A stretch of DNA of 64,000 bases from Tubiluchus corallicola. Its lineage: Eukaryota; Animalia; Priapulida. This document shows positions 13,458 to 28,900 of this stretch, piece by piece. The stretch spans positions 124,001-188,000 of the forward strand of contig JAQGDQ010000074.1 of the NCBI GenBank assembly GCA_030141605.1, given 5' to 3'. The position numbers and the translations under genes were made by a program. The first letter of the stretch is position 1. Every line of letters starts with the position of its first letter. The notes below the pieces were generated by a model. The model did no database searches. It was not told the DNA's origin and worked only from the letters and a program-made list of their open reading frames with translations.

Positions 13458-16400
13458 CCTAACGCTACCTTAATTTTATAAATGGCAGTACAATTAATAA
13501 GCCTCGGTTAATAAACATTTATTATGCTAGATGCATAGTCACTGTGTTATACAACACGCAGGAAGCTGGCGTGAAGCCATGGCTTTTACAAATAACATGT
13601 GTACAGCTAGAAAATGAAACCAAAGTCGCATCCCACGACAGAGAACAGACAAATTGTTGACAGTAACAGTTGGCAAAGTTGTGCACTCGAAAAGCTTATT
13701 GCATTTACGGGAGGATTAGGGGACACATGCTATATCACCAAGCTATCATTTTCACAGCAGTGTCAGTCGACCGCCCACTTATTACAGCAGATGCCCTGGA
13801 CACTTGCAGGAAAATATTCATTAATAAACGCGGCAGGCAATATATCTGTCAATTTTGATTGGGAAGTGGTGTTATTAAAAGCATCATCAAATAGATTGCC
13901 TCAAGACAGATTTATATTCATCTTCTGTACACCTTATTACCTGAAAACTGTAATTAGTACCATTAGTAACTAATTATTATGTGTAGTGTATTTTCCATCG
14001 AATCTGTATAGATTAATGTATACCTAGGTGATAAATAGATTAATCATAAATAATAATAAGTAATAATCATAAAGTAAAGATTAATACATTAAAATATATA
14101 AAAGGGCATTTAGATTTTAGACTCTATCACGCTTACAGTATAAATAGTTATTAACTGTCCCAATTTCAGTTTTCATACTTGATAATTGCACAAAATAGAT
14201 CGGTATGAATGTTCTGAGGCGATCTATTTGATGTCACTTTTCGTAATGCCACTTACGAATCGATATTGACAGAATGATAATATTGGCTGCAGTGTTTTTT
14301 AATAACTACATAAATAATTATATTCACCTGCTTAGGCAACAAACATGGTATATATTTACACACTTACAAAAGAAATGACTACCTTATTATGGAAATTGTT
14401 TTATTTTGAAGCAGTTTGGGAGATTCAAACTTTACATGAAAGATCGGCAATTGTATTGATTCTACTAAAATCATCATGTCACATGCTGAGTGTGTCACTT
14501 GTATTCACTGCTCGTTTAAAGCTCAGCGTGGTTCTGCTATTAACGTTCGCCGTTTCGTTAAATTTCACAAATTCATCTGGTTTTATAACCGAGAAAGCGT
14601 CAACTCGCCATTAGCTTAACGCAATCAGTAACTCTGGCTGACAGTGCAGGTTTGGTGACAGATCAGATTAGCGTGGTCAACTCGATGTCTAACAAGTGAT
14701 GTGGTGCAGCTTGTACCGGGCTTCGCAATCCAACTCGGCCTGGGTTTCGTAACGTAACTTGCACTCTGGGCATCTTGAGGCCAATCTGCCACAGGCAGTA
14801 TATAAATGTAATTAGCGGCAGTTTTTTTTCACAGAAGAGATTCGGCACTTGACTTGGTGCTTCTCTGGAAAAGAGCACTTGCGCACATGCTAACGCGATT
14901 GTTCGATTTCGAGAGGTTAAGAGGTTTATAATCAAGTTATACAACAAAAAGTGTATAATAACTATGACAGGCTATCTCTGTTCTTTTAATGTAGAGTGTA
15001 GTGCTTTTAGCTCCATGTACACAACTCTTGGCATATTCGCTGCTTTCAATGAAGCATTTTAATTATTATAATTTTCTTAAAGTTCTAAAATGAAATTGTT
15101 GTTAATGAAAAAATCGAATTTTCTCAATTGTTTTTTTATGGAATCCTTTAGGAATTAGCACTTATAATAGTAAAAGGAACTTTTTGAAAATTATAAATGC
15201 ATTTTATTATAAAACGAATACATATTATGTTTCTAACTTTCCCTTACTGTCACTAAATACCGAATACACAGCAACGCGTCCCTTCCCCTACTGGTCCTTC
15301 TCAGTGGTTACTTACATTCTTCTCGATTTTCGGGCTGCAAAGTTCATCATACGTTGTAGGACTATGATTACAACTGATTTATTGGAAGTAAAGTTTCAGT
15401 AAGCTGTAGAACATGAAGATATTGGTGGCAAACGATAATGGCTTTATAGCTATGCATACAGCCATATACAGCTTATCTGTTTTTAATTCAGTTTTGTTCT
15501 GTGGAGAGTCGAGTTTTACCCGACTTGACAATTCTTATGAAAAGACAACATCACATTCCAACTAATCGAGCAACTGATTTGTTGGGCTTGTTCGTTCATT
15601 TGTCTCATTCGTTTTTGTGTTTATTCACCTACACTTATTCACTAACATTGGCGATTTGTGGACTTCCACTTTTTTCCCAGCGCATTTGTTGTCCTCTTAA
15701 TCCATCGCTGTACAAGTTTAGCAAGTCACGTCTACGTGACTCACGAGTCTTTGATTGGATAAGGTCCATCGAGACCAGATCCTATTACTGATCAACGAGG
15801 CGAAATTGGTGGCCAGTGGCTATATGCTGAGATTAGCTATCTATGGTGGCATACTGTTTAATTAATCTGCCAGCACATTTAGAATTTTCTCCATTCACTA
15901 TATAGCTGACCCCACACATGATGTTTATTGTAATGGGATGTAGAAAATTAGTATTGGGCTAATTTTTACGTAGCCACTAGCTGCTATTGACATGTGCTTA
16001 TAGGTCATTATAGGGCTTTGTGCCCATCTGTTTTATGATTAATGCAATTCAATCATTTATATTGAAACATCCGCGGAGAAAGGCAAGTTTGCTGAGTTAA
16101 TCAGATAAGTTTCATTATCTGGTACCCAGAGAGATGTTAGATCGGTTCTTTTATTGCATCTACTATGGTAAATGGTTTTTAAGTGATGCCTTGTATCAGC
16201 TATTAATAGTCACCGGGTTTCTGCGATGCAAGGCTTCCTTGTGTGGATTGTTTTCTTTCGTTATTGTCGTAGTAGTGTTACGGAATTTCTTTTTTATAGT
16301 TTATTGTGTTGTGTCTACAAGGCAGGAAAGCATTGAACCAAAAAGTAAACTACATGTAAATGTGCTAAATCCCATTTACATGCAGGGAAGAGGTCCTGCT

Positions 16401-19400
16401 ATCGTTTTAGTTTCAGTATTTTTTTTCCACAATGAGATATTTGCTTCTTGTGTTATACAGGTAAAGTATGACCTCCTCCACCATACCAGCCATCAGGCAA
16501 ACAGTGTGATAACATTTGCTTTCAACTAAATGTTCACCGAGCAGCAATAAAACAAGATCTAAGAAAGTGTGTTTCTCTTTTAACCCTGTCTACATTATTT
16601 TTTTGTTTTGTCGCTTTGCATAAGACCAGTTCCAACTCTAAACATAGCCGCTATGCGAATATTTAGCTGTAATGCTACATCTATTGATTTCTGAAAGGGA
16701 ATTTGGCTAGCTCATTCTAGCCCATATTCTCATTGGCAGCTGCGACTACAGCCAATTATACATTTTCGATTGTTGTGTTTTCATTTCGGCTGTATTAGGA
16801 AAGACATTATTTTGTATGAGGCGCCAAAGAGTAGTAAAAAGTGTCGGCATGCAGCTACTGTCCGTGGTCTTATCATTCCTTAATTATAGATTTGTAAAAA
16901 TGCGAATAATTTGGGTGAATATAAAACACTCACGACTGCAATATAATCGCAGTGAAAGCGATTATCATTATTAGTAATTACAGTATATCGTAGTTGCTCC
17001 TTGGCGTGCAAAGATGTTGTTGCTATGGAAACTAAGTATTGGCCCACAGAAGCTTGGGATATAGAAGGTGACAGTCACTAAACGCTTGGAAAGGCACCTG
17101 CATATAAAATTGCAGCATAATAGACATGATTTGAAGCATGCATCTCTGAAATGTGGCTGATGTAGAACAAAAGTCAAGCTATTGTAATTGTCGAAGTCTG
17201 ACGAACGCGTCAAAAGTCACAGCACTACATATGGTTCAGCAAAGACGAACATGCTGCATAGTTCCTACTTTGCTTTAATAATATATTTATGTAAACAATC
17301 ACAAGTTTAAATAAATCTTGACCATTAACCTCCTTTAGGCGATTCTGTTGTCATTCTTTTCTAAAGCATGCCATAACATTTACTTTTGCATTGAGCAGCT
17401 ACACGTGGTATTTCGGCTCTTTCGGAGCATTTGGCTCCACAAAGTCAATACTAAGTGTGCTATTTAATAGTATTATTGTTCTTAGGTGTTAACCGAATCG
17501 TTGGCCAAATTGTTCGTATATACACCTCGTCACTGGCCTGCGTATTGCAAATTAGAAATTACGATATGTTGTAATACAAACAAGCGGTACGCAGCCAGCA
17601 GCAGAAAGCCTGGGGGTGCAAAAATGTGATGGGCTTCGTTAGGAAAGAATGATTTCCCTGAATAAGCGAGCTATGAAGTTGTCAATCTGCAGTATTAAAA
17701 AACACAATACAAAGTACACGTATAGGCAGTATTGTTTGTCTCCAGTGTTTAAAGAAATACGAACAAATAATTGATAAAGCGGCGCTGCCCAAACTACAGC
17801 CATGCCTACACAAGGTGTTACTTTGCATCACCTTTATTATTTATCCAAGAAGAGTAGCCGCTTCATTATTACCTCGATCTTGTTTCCATTTTGGAGTGTT
17901 TAACAGGAGAACAGCAAGGTGTCATTTTAAACGAGACTGCCGTATAGAATTGAACTCATATATTTCTTCCGAATGGAAAGCGGGTAATTTCTCACTGAGG
18001 TTAAGCTAAACCAATGCTGAATATAATAAATTATATAGTTTAGTTGCTCAATGATGGACTAAAGGGTTCTAATCGTATCTCTTCTAGAGTACGGGGGCGG
18101 GGGGGGGGGAGTTGCTGTAGCAAACGAACTGCAAAAATGAATTAATTTATTCTAACCTTTGCTACGTATGGTGCTATTTAGACGGTAAACTTTTGTGCAA
18201 CTAGGATTATTTCGTGTCGTTACTGATTATTTATGAACACCAAGGGATTGAAAAGTCTCTTTATTTACGAATTCATAATAACCGCACAGCGAGGTTTCCG
18301 AACTTCTGATGCTTTAGCTCGTTCACTGCATTTCAAATGAAGCCATTGAAATTGCGTCTGAAATGAATGTATAAAAAGCAATTTGACCGATTCCCTGGCG
18401 AGATTGTGACGTGTAAATCATACATTTTGCCCTGATTTAGTTTAACGATAGTCAGCCAGCGGAAATGGAAAGGAATGAATTACATCGGCTAAATCTTATT
18501 ATCCCCGTCGAATTACATTTATCGCAAAAGTTTGTGGAATCCGTACTATTCATTTACGTCGGACTGTTGCTGTGCGGTTGATACATTTTTACAGCTTTCC
18601 TAAGATAGAACACAAAGGCAGTTGCATTGTACGAATGCTAAAAAAGATACACGGTGGATATAAACATGCTTTATGACTTCTCATTTTTACTTGTGAAGTT
18701 TATATGTTCTAAGTTAGTGGTAAGATATTTGTTGCATGATACAAGTTTGGATCAATCTTGTCTTGAGTATGGTGAATATTAAAATATTGAGACATTTACA
18801 ATTTAACTTTCAACTTTTGTAGTTACTTTTAGAATTTTCTGTATTAAGATTACTACACCTCTCACATAGATTTCATTTTTATTACGTTTGATCTGAATTT
18901 GGTACCGAAACCTAACCATTCAAATTGTGTGAAGCAATCTTAGATTATTTAACGCCGACAATAATATTATAACAATCATTTTAACAATTATAATATATCA
19001 ATTATAACAAGCCATGAGTGAATGAATGAATAAATGAATAAATAAATAAATGAACGCATGAGTGAACAAATGAATAAAATATACCAAATATAACATACGC
19101 TTAGCATCAACTTCTGGTTTTTTCACTGTCATGTGAAACTGCGTCATCTAGATAATTTGATAATCTACTGTCACACTGAGCATGCGTCGAACTTTAGTCA
19201 GGCTCCCGAATTAACCCTTTACAAGTTATTTATCTGATTGGATTCGCACATCTGATCCTAGCTTATCAGGCTAATTAACAAAGGCCTTGCCGATGATAAC
19301 CTTAACTAAGCTTCTGTCGTTTGATTAATGATATAATCAGTGTTAATGGTCGTTTCGGCTTAACGACGATTATTACATGCTAATCCAATTTTGGTTATAG

Positions 19401-20436
19401 GTTATTTTAGCGAAATTGTTAATAGGTGAAATTTGCAAATCAGCACTTCTCAATTTAATGCTTCTGCGGTGTGCTTTACTGCAAGTTTAAATCGCAGCGT
19501 TGACATTTTTCATTTAGAAAATGGGATTGTTTACCGCAGGCAATCAGTTTAAAAAGTGTTTTCTTGTTAAATGCGAGAGTGAGACTAGAATTTAGTTTTT
19601 TTAGACTCTTCCCAAGTCTCGACTTATTCGTATGTTGGTTACAAATGGCGGGATACTGCTATATAGAGTAACTATAACTAGTATCTTGTACTTTGGATTT
19701 TGAAGTCTCAGAAATTAATTTTAGGCCTAAAAACTGCGGAGATAATACTTAAAATAGCAGCTAGTTGTAAGAATCAGATGTGTTAGATAAATATGCCTAA
19801 AATTAAGATTCATTTGCGCTATGTATCAAATACACATCTATGTGTCGTATTGTTGCGTTGAAGATAAATACATTAAAATATTTCTTGCACATGGGTACTG
19901 CTAGAAGCAGCCTGTACCGCGCGTTTGTTTAATTATTTGTTTTGATTAACTATTTGCAACTTTTGTGCTGTTCGCTGTTTGTTTAAAATGTGGGATTTTT
20001 CTCTCGCAAATTTCATTAGTCCATGGAAATAACCTACGACTTAAAGTTTGGTTGCTAAAATTTTACAACAGTTGAGTGACAGCGAAAGGGCTATTGATCT
20101 ATGTGCATGAAAATTCGTCCTTACGCTACCCTCAAAAGAACAATTTTGTGTGAAGAGCGGCCAAATGTTTTCGGTGTTATAGATTTCAATGTTACCAAAA
20201 CACATGTAGTCCTCATTGTTACTTTTTGATTCGCGGCCTTGTTTCTTTCATGGCGAATGCATTATTGAATTCAGTGTCCATTGCAAGCTCTTTGCCAATA
20301 TTCTCCATTGCACATTAAGCACATATACTCAGTCTCAATGGACAGGGGATAAGCACCAACAAATAACCAAAGTAACAAAATCAGCGGTAAATGACGTCGA
20401 TAGTGCCGTAAGTGATTTTGTTTGTTTTCTTTGCAG

Positions 20437-20504
20437 CAAGAAGAATTGCTACAAATGTCTGGCGATCACGGAGAAACATTCCAACGTCTTGCAGTACAAA
20501 ATGA
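20437..20504 (+). CDS. Gene A exon: (S)KKNCYKCLAITEKHSNVLQYKM
   Basis: Acceptor ttttctttgcag, donor gtaagt; 68 nt, phase 2 to 1, joins the previous exon in frame; H-x-N-V-L-Q-Y-K motif. Confidence 0.9.
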
Positions 20505-22305
20505 GTAAGTGTTTTGTCAATTGGAATAATCTCTGTTTATGCTAAACCGAACACAAAGTTGCAGGTTAATAAAACCAGCCAGAGTTTATTGTTAGGAAAC
20601 GGAAAATGCTGTTCACAACTTTGACGTTTCTCTGGTGCATTAACGTTTCTCTGGTGAAGAAAACATGTCTTGTATTGTGAGCACAGCCGTGAAATACAAA
20701 AAATGTAGGTTATCTTGGAAGACTGTCAACAGTGTGAGAATTTATATATGCGCAGTAGAGGCCCGCTGTTTTATCATAATAAAATTATTGAAGCTATTAT
20801 AATAAATTATTACAATATTAATGCTGGTACACTTTCATACAAGTGAAATCAGGTAGCTATATGTTTAGTCAAGTGTTATGCGTGGACTCCATCATATAAT
20901 TTATCATGATTCATTTTTGTATCCTCTCACCTAAGAGGCTTTGCAATAAATACACGAAGTAGGTACTTCTAATCGCCGAGGCTCGTTTTATATTGAAAAT
21001 CTTTACACTGAAATCCATTAGTAGAGCGGCATTAGAAAAATGACATACATGTATAAAACTGGCATTATAAGTTTGTGTGAGGTTCATTTGAAATCAGTGA
21101 GCTTTGCAATGTTGTAACACTGATTGGTTAAGCTTAACAATGGTTAATCTTAATAGCGACATTTTAATAATAATAAATTTTAATAAACAAACTTTTGCAA
21201 TGTTAGCTTTACCTTCACTTTTTCGTTTGTAAACTGAATCATTTTTATGTCGTATTAGTGCAACGTACTCGCTTATTTCGCAGGCTGTCGAAACGAAAGC
21301 TCACTTAGAATGTTAGTTTAGCCGCCTTTAATGTTGCAACGGAATCAGGTAGCACTCTGACATTAATTCATGTCATTCGATCCTGTCCCCACCTGCCCGT
21401 GTATTTCATTGCTGACTACTAAACCAAATTTACCCTCATTGTTGTTTGTTGAAACAGTAAATACGCGAGTGCTTTGCCAACAAAGTTGAAACTATTTGTG
21501 AAGCTATTAAAAGCTAATACAGTAAGAGCTACTTTGTAAACTGCTTGGCCGTGCTTTTATCTAAGGTATGTGGTCACAGTTTTCTTGATGAAAAGCTGCG
21601 TGCTTTGTGAATTCTGCCCTGGCTTTAGTTGCAATAAAACTTATTTGTATGACTTCGCAAACATGGTCTCTACTTTACTGATGCCATTACTGCAAAATAA
21701 GTGCCCGCAAATGGCCGTTATAAAGATAATAAGGAACTTTTATTAATCGATTGAGAATAATATCGCAGGGAACATGCACGCACACTTTGGTATTAAAATA
21801 ACCCCGGCGTAAAAGTAAAAAGGCCATATACGTTTCTTTATAGCACAATTCAAATGGTTATTTAATACTTCATAAAATGCTGTTCCAATAGCCATGAAAT
21901 ATTGGTTCTAACTGCGATCTTGGTACCAAGTTCCCCGTGTAAAGGAATAATTGCTAAAGATTTACGAGACCAGCAGAGCACATGCAACGGTAGCATTTTG
22001 GAACCCGCCAGGTGGCATCGTTAAAAATACCACAGTTTCAATTTTTGAGTGTGTTGCGTTCTATACGCATCTTTGCAGAAGTTGTTAGTGTGTACTTCCA
22101 AAAACAGGTAAAAGCTCATACCATGTGTTTAACAATGCTATACAATCTTTTTCGTGCGCGTCTTTATGGAAATTCCCGCTGGGCTCATGCCGATTTTCGT
22201 TGGTTGGGTCTTTGTCCTGTGTGCCCGCCTCCTTTAATTCCTGCTGAGATGTTAGGGTGCCCTTGCTGAATTAAAGGACGTGGCTTGGACGGTAAAATCG
22301 CCAAT

Positions 22306-22402
<97 letters not shown>

Positions 22403-22404
<2 letters not shown>

Positions 22405-22592
22405 TTTTGATTTGATTTAACTCTTTATTTCGAACCAAGTTCATAGAATACATAACATACAATAATTACAAGACATACAATAATTATAACACCTCCTCTC
22501 AACACATGCAAATTAATACATAAATAAATAAAATAACAGTACAGTCTATATATATATATATATATATATACAATATCATGCGTCCAGCCTGA

Positions 22593-22595
<3 letters not shown>
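22403..22595 (-). mobile_element. Short 3' end of a LINE related to the 24586-25034 element
   Basis: Terminal sequence TATGAACTTGGTTCGAAATAAAGAGTTAAATCAAATCAAAATC closely matches that of the 24586 element; bounded by (GA)n on both sides. Confidence 0.75.
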
Positions 22596-24549
<1,954 letters not shown>

Positions 24550-24585
24550 GAGACAGAGAGAGAGACAGAGAGAGAGACAGAGACA

Positions 24586-25034
24586 GATTTGATTTTTTGA
24601 TTTAATTCTTTATTTCAAACATAAGTTCATAATATAAATTACATATATACAACATACATCATCATAAAAACAAAAAACCACTACAAACAAATCACACACA
24701 AACTCAGTTAAACATGAAAATTACAATAATAGTCTCCACCATTGCTGTCTTATGTGCGATGTAAATTTGGCATCGCTTACTAAAATTTTCTGGCACATTA
24801 AATTATCACTAGTATCAAATCTTTTCATTAAACTTAACACAGATTTTCTACGTAATACATCAAAATACATCACGTGAATTTCAACACTCATCTCACGAGC
24901 ACTGTAATCATATGCATATCCGAAAAATAATCTTTTTGACACATTGTGCGCAATTTTAAGTTTTAAGATATTACCATTATTAAAATGTCTCCAAGTAGAC
25001 ATGCAATAGAATGTATTACAGTAAGCATTAAATA
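24586..25034 (-). mobile_element. 3' end of a second LINE family (ORF2 C-terminus resembling Proto2/RTEX-type elements)
   Basis: Peptide FNAYCNTFYCMSTW...LKIAHN...SAREM...FDVLRRK...SDN...QQWWRLLL*, then TATGAACTT..GAAATAAAG and an (AATCA)-like tail. Clade label is from memory. Confidence 0.8.
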
Positions 25035-25107
25035 GACAGAGACAGAGACAGAGACAGAGACAGAGACAGAGACAGAGACAGAGACAGAGACAGAGACAGA
25101 GACAGAC

Positions 25108-25193
<86 letters not shown>

Positions 25194-25197
<4 letters not shown>

Positions 25198-25380
25198 TTT
25201 AATGTTTAATGGAGAGCTGTCACGAGAGTGGCCAACATAGTCGTTGCTACAACATCGCGATCATTATATAATATCATATTCATACGTATAAAAAAGGCAC
25301 ACAATAACGTAATGTAATCTTAATGTAATCAACAATAACTTCTCTACATATACATTTCATACACTTTGTCAAACTTTAGC
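25194..25380 (-). mobile_element. Probable 3' end of a third LINE/SINE family with a (TAAACAT)n tail; 5' limit uncertain
   Basis: Minus strand reads ...GTTGGCCACTCTCGTGACAGCTCTCCATTAAACATTAAACATT then (CT)n, preceded by T-rich UTR-like sequence. Confidence 0.5.
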
Positions 25381-25878
25381 TACATTTTCTCCTTTGTGTT
25401 TGTAAGCCATACGGTAGAGAAATTGCAAATTAATAACGCTTGTCAGCGTTTATTGAGCTTGCAAAGCTTCCAACGGTATTACGCGATTAAAATCCAATTT
25501 AGCTATTTGCAAAGTTCAATCAGTGCTCTTTGTATAGGTGTCCACAGACCAATGTGCTAAAGCTAATCCACTTTTGTGTAAATCTGAGAATATGTCCATG
25601 TTCATATTGACTGTACCTCAAACTGTGCTATCTACATCAACTCATGCGTTCTTCATTGGCTTACCTGTAAACATTCGTGACTTAGTTGCGCGTAGTTGGA
25701 TTACAAGCGATACCTGTATAAGCAACAACACAATACGATAACCATTGGAATTTCAACAACTGAAATATACCTACATTTAGAAAAGTGCAGATAGTAAATC
25801 TTAGCAAATCTTACTTTGCTCTACTTTAATTAACAAATAAATTATCATTAATCAATAACGACAAACTTACTTTAACAG

Positions 25879-25959
25879 GTACTTGCAGTAGCAAGAGATC
25901 TTTGAAAGAAACTTGTAAGCTCATAACAGGGGATGCTCCACTCTTCACCATGTTTAGAG
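25879..25959 (+). CDS. Gene A exon: (S)TCSSKRSLKETCKLITGDAPLFTMFR
   Basis: Acceptor tactttaacag, donor gtaagc; 81 nt, phase 1 to 1. Confidence 0.88.
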
Positions 25960-28900
25960 GTAAGCTAAACTTGTTTTATAGTTTTTTTGCGAACGCCGTA
26001 TATAATATCACTGATATTCATGTGCGTTTTGATTATGCAAATCATGTGATGCCGTCTGCTGACTTATATATGCAAATGCTCCTTAAAATGAAAATGATAC
26101 GTATTCTGCCGGGCTTCTTGGATGTGAGATGAATCTATTATCATAAAGTATTGATAGCTAAGTACCGACATATCGACTTTAATTTAAATCAAGTATGAGG
26201 CTTTGTTTTAAACCCCACCTGCGTGAGAGCATGAATGTCTTGTGCTAAAAGTTAATCGTTTTTGTGTTTTGCACCAAGAATTAGTTATTTTTGTTCATTT
26301 TAAAGCCTTTCGGTTCAAAACATTGCCCATTGCTGCCGCAGAAATGACTAATATCCGGTGCTTAATGACCATAACTAGGCTGGTTATCAGCACGAGATTT
26401 CATGAGATGGCTTCACCCGGGTTTCATTAAAAACCGTGTGAAGTTCTTCAACATTACATCAACAAGTTCCCTTATTACTGTATTAACTACCCGTAGGCGT
26501 ATAATGGTATCTGTTTATGGATTTCAGGGATTTTTCATATCTACGTTGGTGACGTCATAGCGGTACTAAGTAAATCGTGAAACAACAACTGTTTTTTCTA
26601 GCCTTTACATTATTAGGATCCTAATTAACTAACATGCTATCGTACGGATATTTGTTTCCGCTTAGATGTGTAAACTGAAATAAGCCGTCATGAATATCTG
26701 TCGAATTTTGTAGCTATCGAAGCCTGACTGTTTACAGAATGTTTCGCCGACTACTTTTGTTGTGTTATACAGCTTAATTGTTAGTTTCTAGGTTATCATT
26801 TCTAAAATTTATGTGAATTTAAAGATTTCGAGAAAAATTAAAAAGTGAATTAATAGTTTTGATTAAGATATATTTAAGATACATCTTATAAACTTTTGGA
26901 TTGCCCTGACTTTGAAAATGTTGTGCTTAGTCGAATTTTCAATCCTTCGGATGAAAAATCATCCTAGCTTGTGACTTGACATTTTTCGTTATTTATCGTG
27001 ACAATTGTGAAATAGAATGGCTGACAATATTCATCGAATTCCCTTTGACTGCCATGTTTCGTATTCCTGGCAAGTAATTCATCCCCAATTTATGTGTTTA
27101 TTTTGACGGCTGACATTAGTTGATATGGAGCTTGACCCATTATCTGTCTTCGCAAGATTATTGTATACGACGCTGCAAGGTGGTGTCACGTCTCCGTCGT
27201 TCGCTCTAAATGCCTGCGAACTTCCGTTGGCATTTTGCATATTTGTATTCGTGGCTAAAGCCACACATTGTGATTTAAGAGTGTGTACTAATCATTCTAT
27301 CCACGAATTAACAGGCTTTTGGAGCACCATTCACTAACACAGGCAGGTTATCTATATGCATTCCTGGTTTTATGAAGCCATAATTTTAAATCATATCGCT
27401 GACGACAGTCATTAGAAATGGTACTAAGGTATCTCATAAGTTGCCTCAACAGTCTTACAAAGGCCTAAGTTATGTTACGGATGATCTTGCGATGATCTGT
27501 ATCGCACCATTGATGTCAGTCATTATCATTTCATTTATGAGCCAGATCTTGTGAAGGTACTATGTCCCTCATGTCAGTTACAAACACAGATGACACGTGT
27601 AAGTGGGCTATTTTACGTCATATTATGCTACTATAAATCTCTGTTACTAATAGGCCGTACACAACTCTGTTTATATTGTTCATTAGCACGACTTTTTTCA
27701 CTCACCTCTCAAGCACTCAGGAGTCTGTGAAGCCACATACTAGTCCATATTGTTTGAATATGTTGTCCAGCATTGAGAAATATTACTAAACCATGTCTAA
27801 TGTAGTGTGATAATTTTCAACCATACATCATGTTACTGTTTCCGATCATTAATGGATGATATCTACAATCAAATGGAGTTACATAATAATCTTATTAAAT
27901 TGTGCTTGAAATTCAGCCGTGGTCTTTCTAAATTGTTAATACCACGTCAGTGATAGTAGTTCACTACTAATAGCTTACGTTGCCAATGTTTATCCCCGGA
28001 CATGTAAAGTCCTATGTATACAAACAGTGGCATGAGATTGATTGTTATCCGAGATTTCAAAGCTTCCTACAACCTTTGCGTTGTTAGTTATGGTCATGTG
28101 GAGGTGTATGCCACGTCACTAAATACAGTCAATGTAATACAGGTTATACAAGGTTTTGTGAAGCCGCATACATTTGCTCTGATGTGGGTAACTAATGCAG
28201 CTTACGTGTGGGTTTGTGCACTTTGCTAGGATTGCGTGCATGCGAGATGGATGCTGTCGTGATTTATACACGATATTTGTCGCACAGGAGCGGACTGCCG
28301 TAATTACCTATAGCTTCTTCTTAGTTATTGCTCATGCTGCCTCGTCAGCTGTGACCATTGCTAAGTGAGAAGCCAGTGGGGTTTGCGGCTTATCTCATGT
28401 TAACCAGTTACACGCTAATGCTTGAAAGCAGCTGTTGGGCTGCGTACTAGTTAGACAGCGCTTTCAAATTTGTCACCTTGTAGTAACTTGCCAAAAAGTA
28501 TGAATCTGGCGTATGACAGTCAAGATTTTGTGCACAGAAGCGGCAAATCTGCATTCAATCACTGTTGCGTTAAGGTGTTGGAGTGATAATAGGCACTATG
28601 TGACGATGAATAAGTTAACGAAAATCATCACTTACAAATCATGCTGAGCTTTATTTTCTAAATTCGAAACTATGCAAAAGCAATAATATAATCAATGTGA
28701 AAAATTACAATGAAAGATTGTAAATCTAATATAGCTTAATGAAGATACAAAGTCATTACTTTTGTAAAACTTAAAAAGCGGAGATATTTTTGAACACATG
28801 ATATACAATTTTTTGCCTTGCAATGTATTTTGTTCCCCAAATTCTGTTGTTCCTCAGATTCATATTATCCACTGATGTTTGTTAGCTAATAAACGAAAGT

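Noticed and set aside
16134-16529. 131-aa hydrophobic ORF in the large intron
   Set aside because: Composition is explained by T-rich intron DNA; no motifs or exon-phase support.
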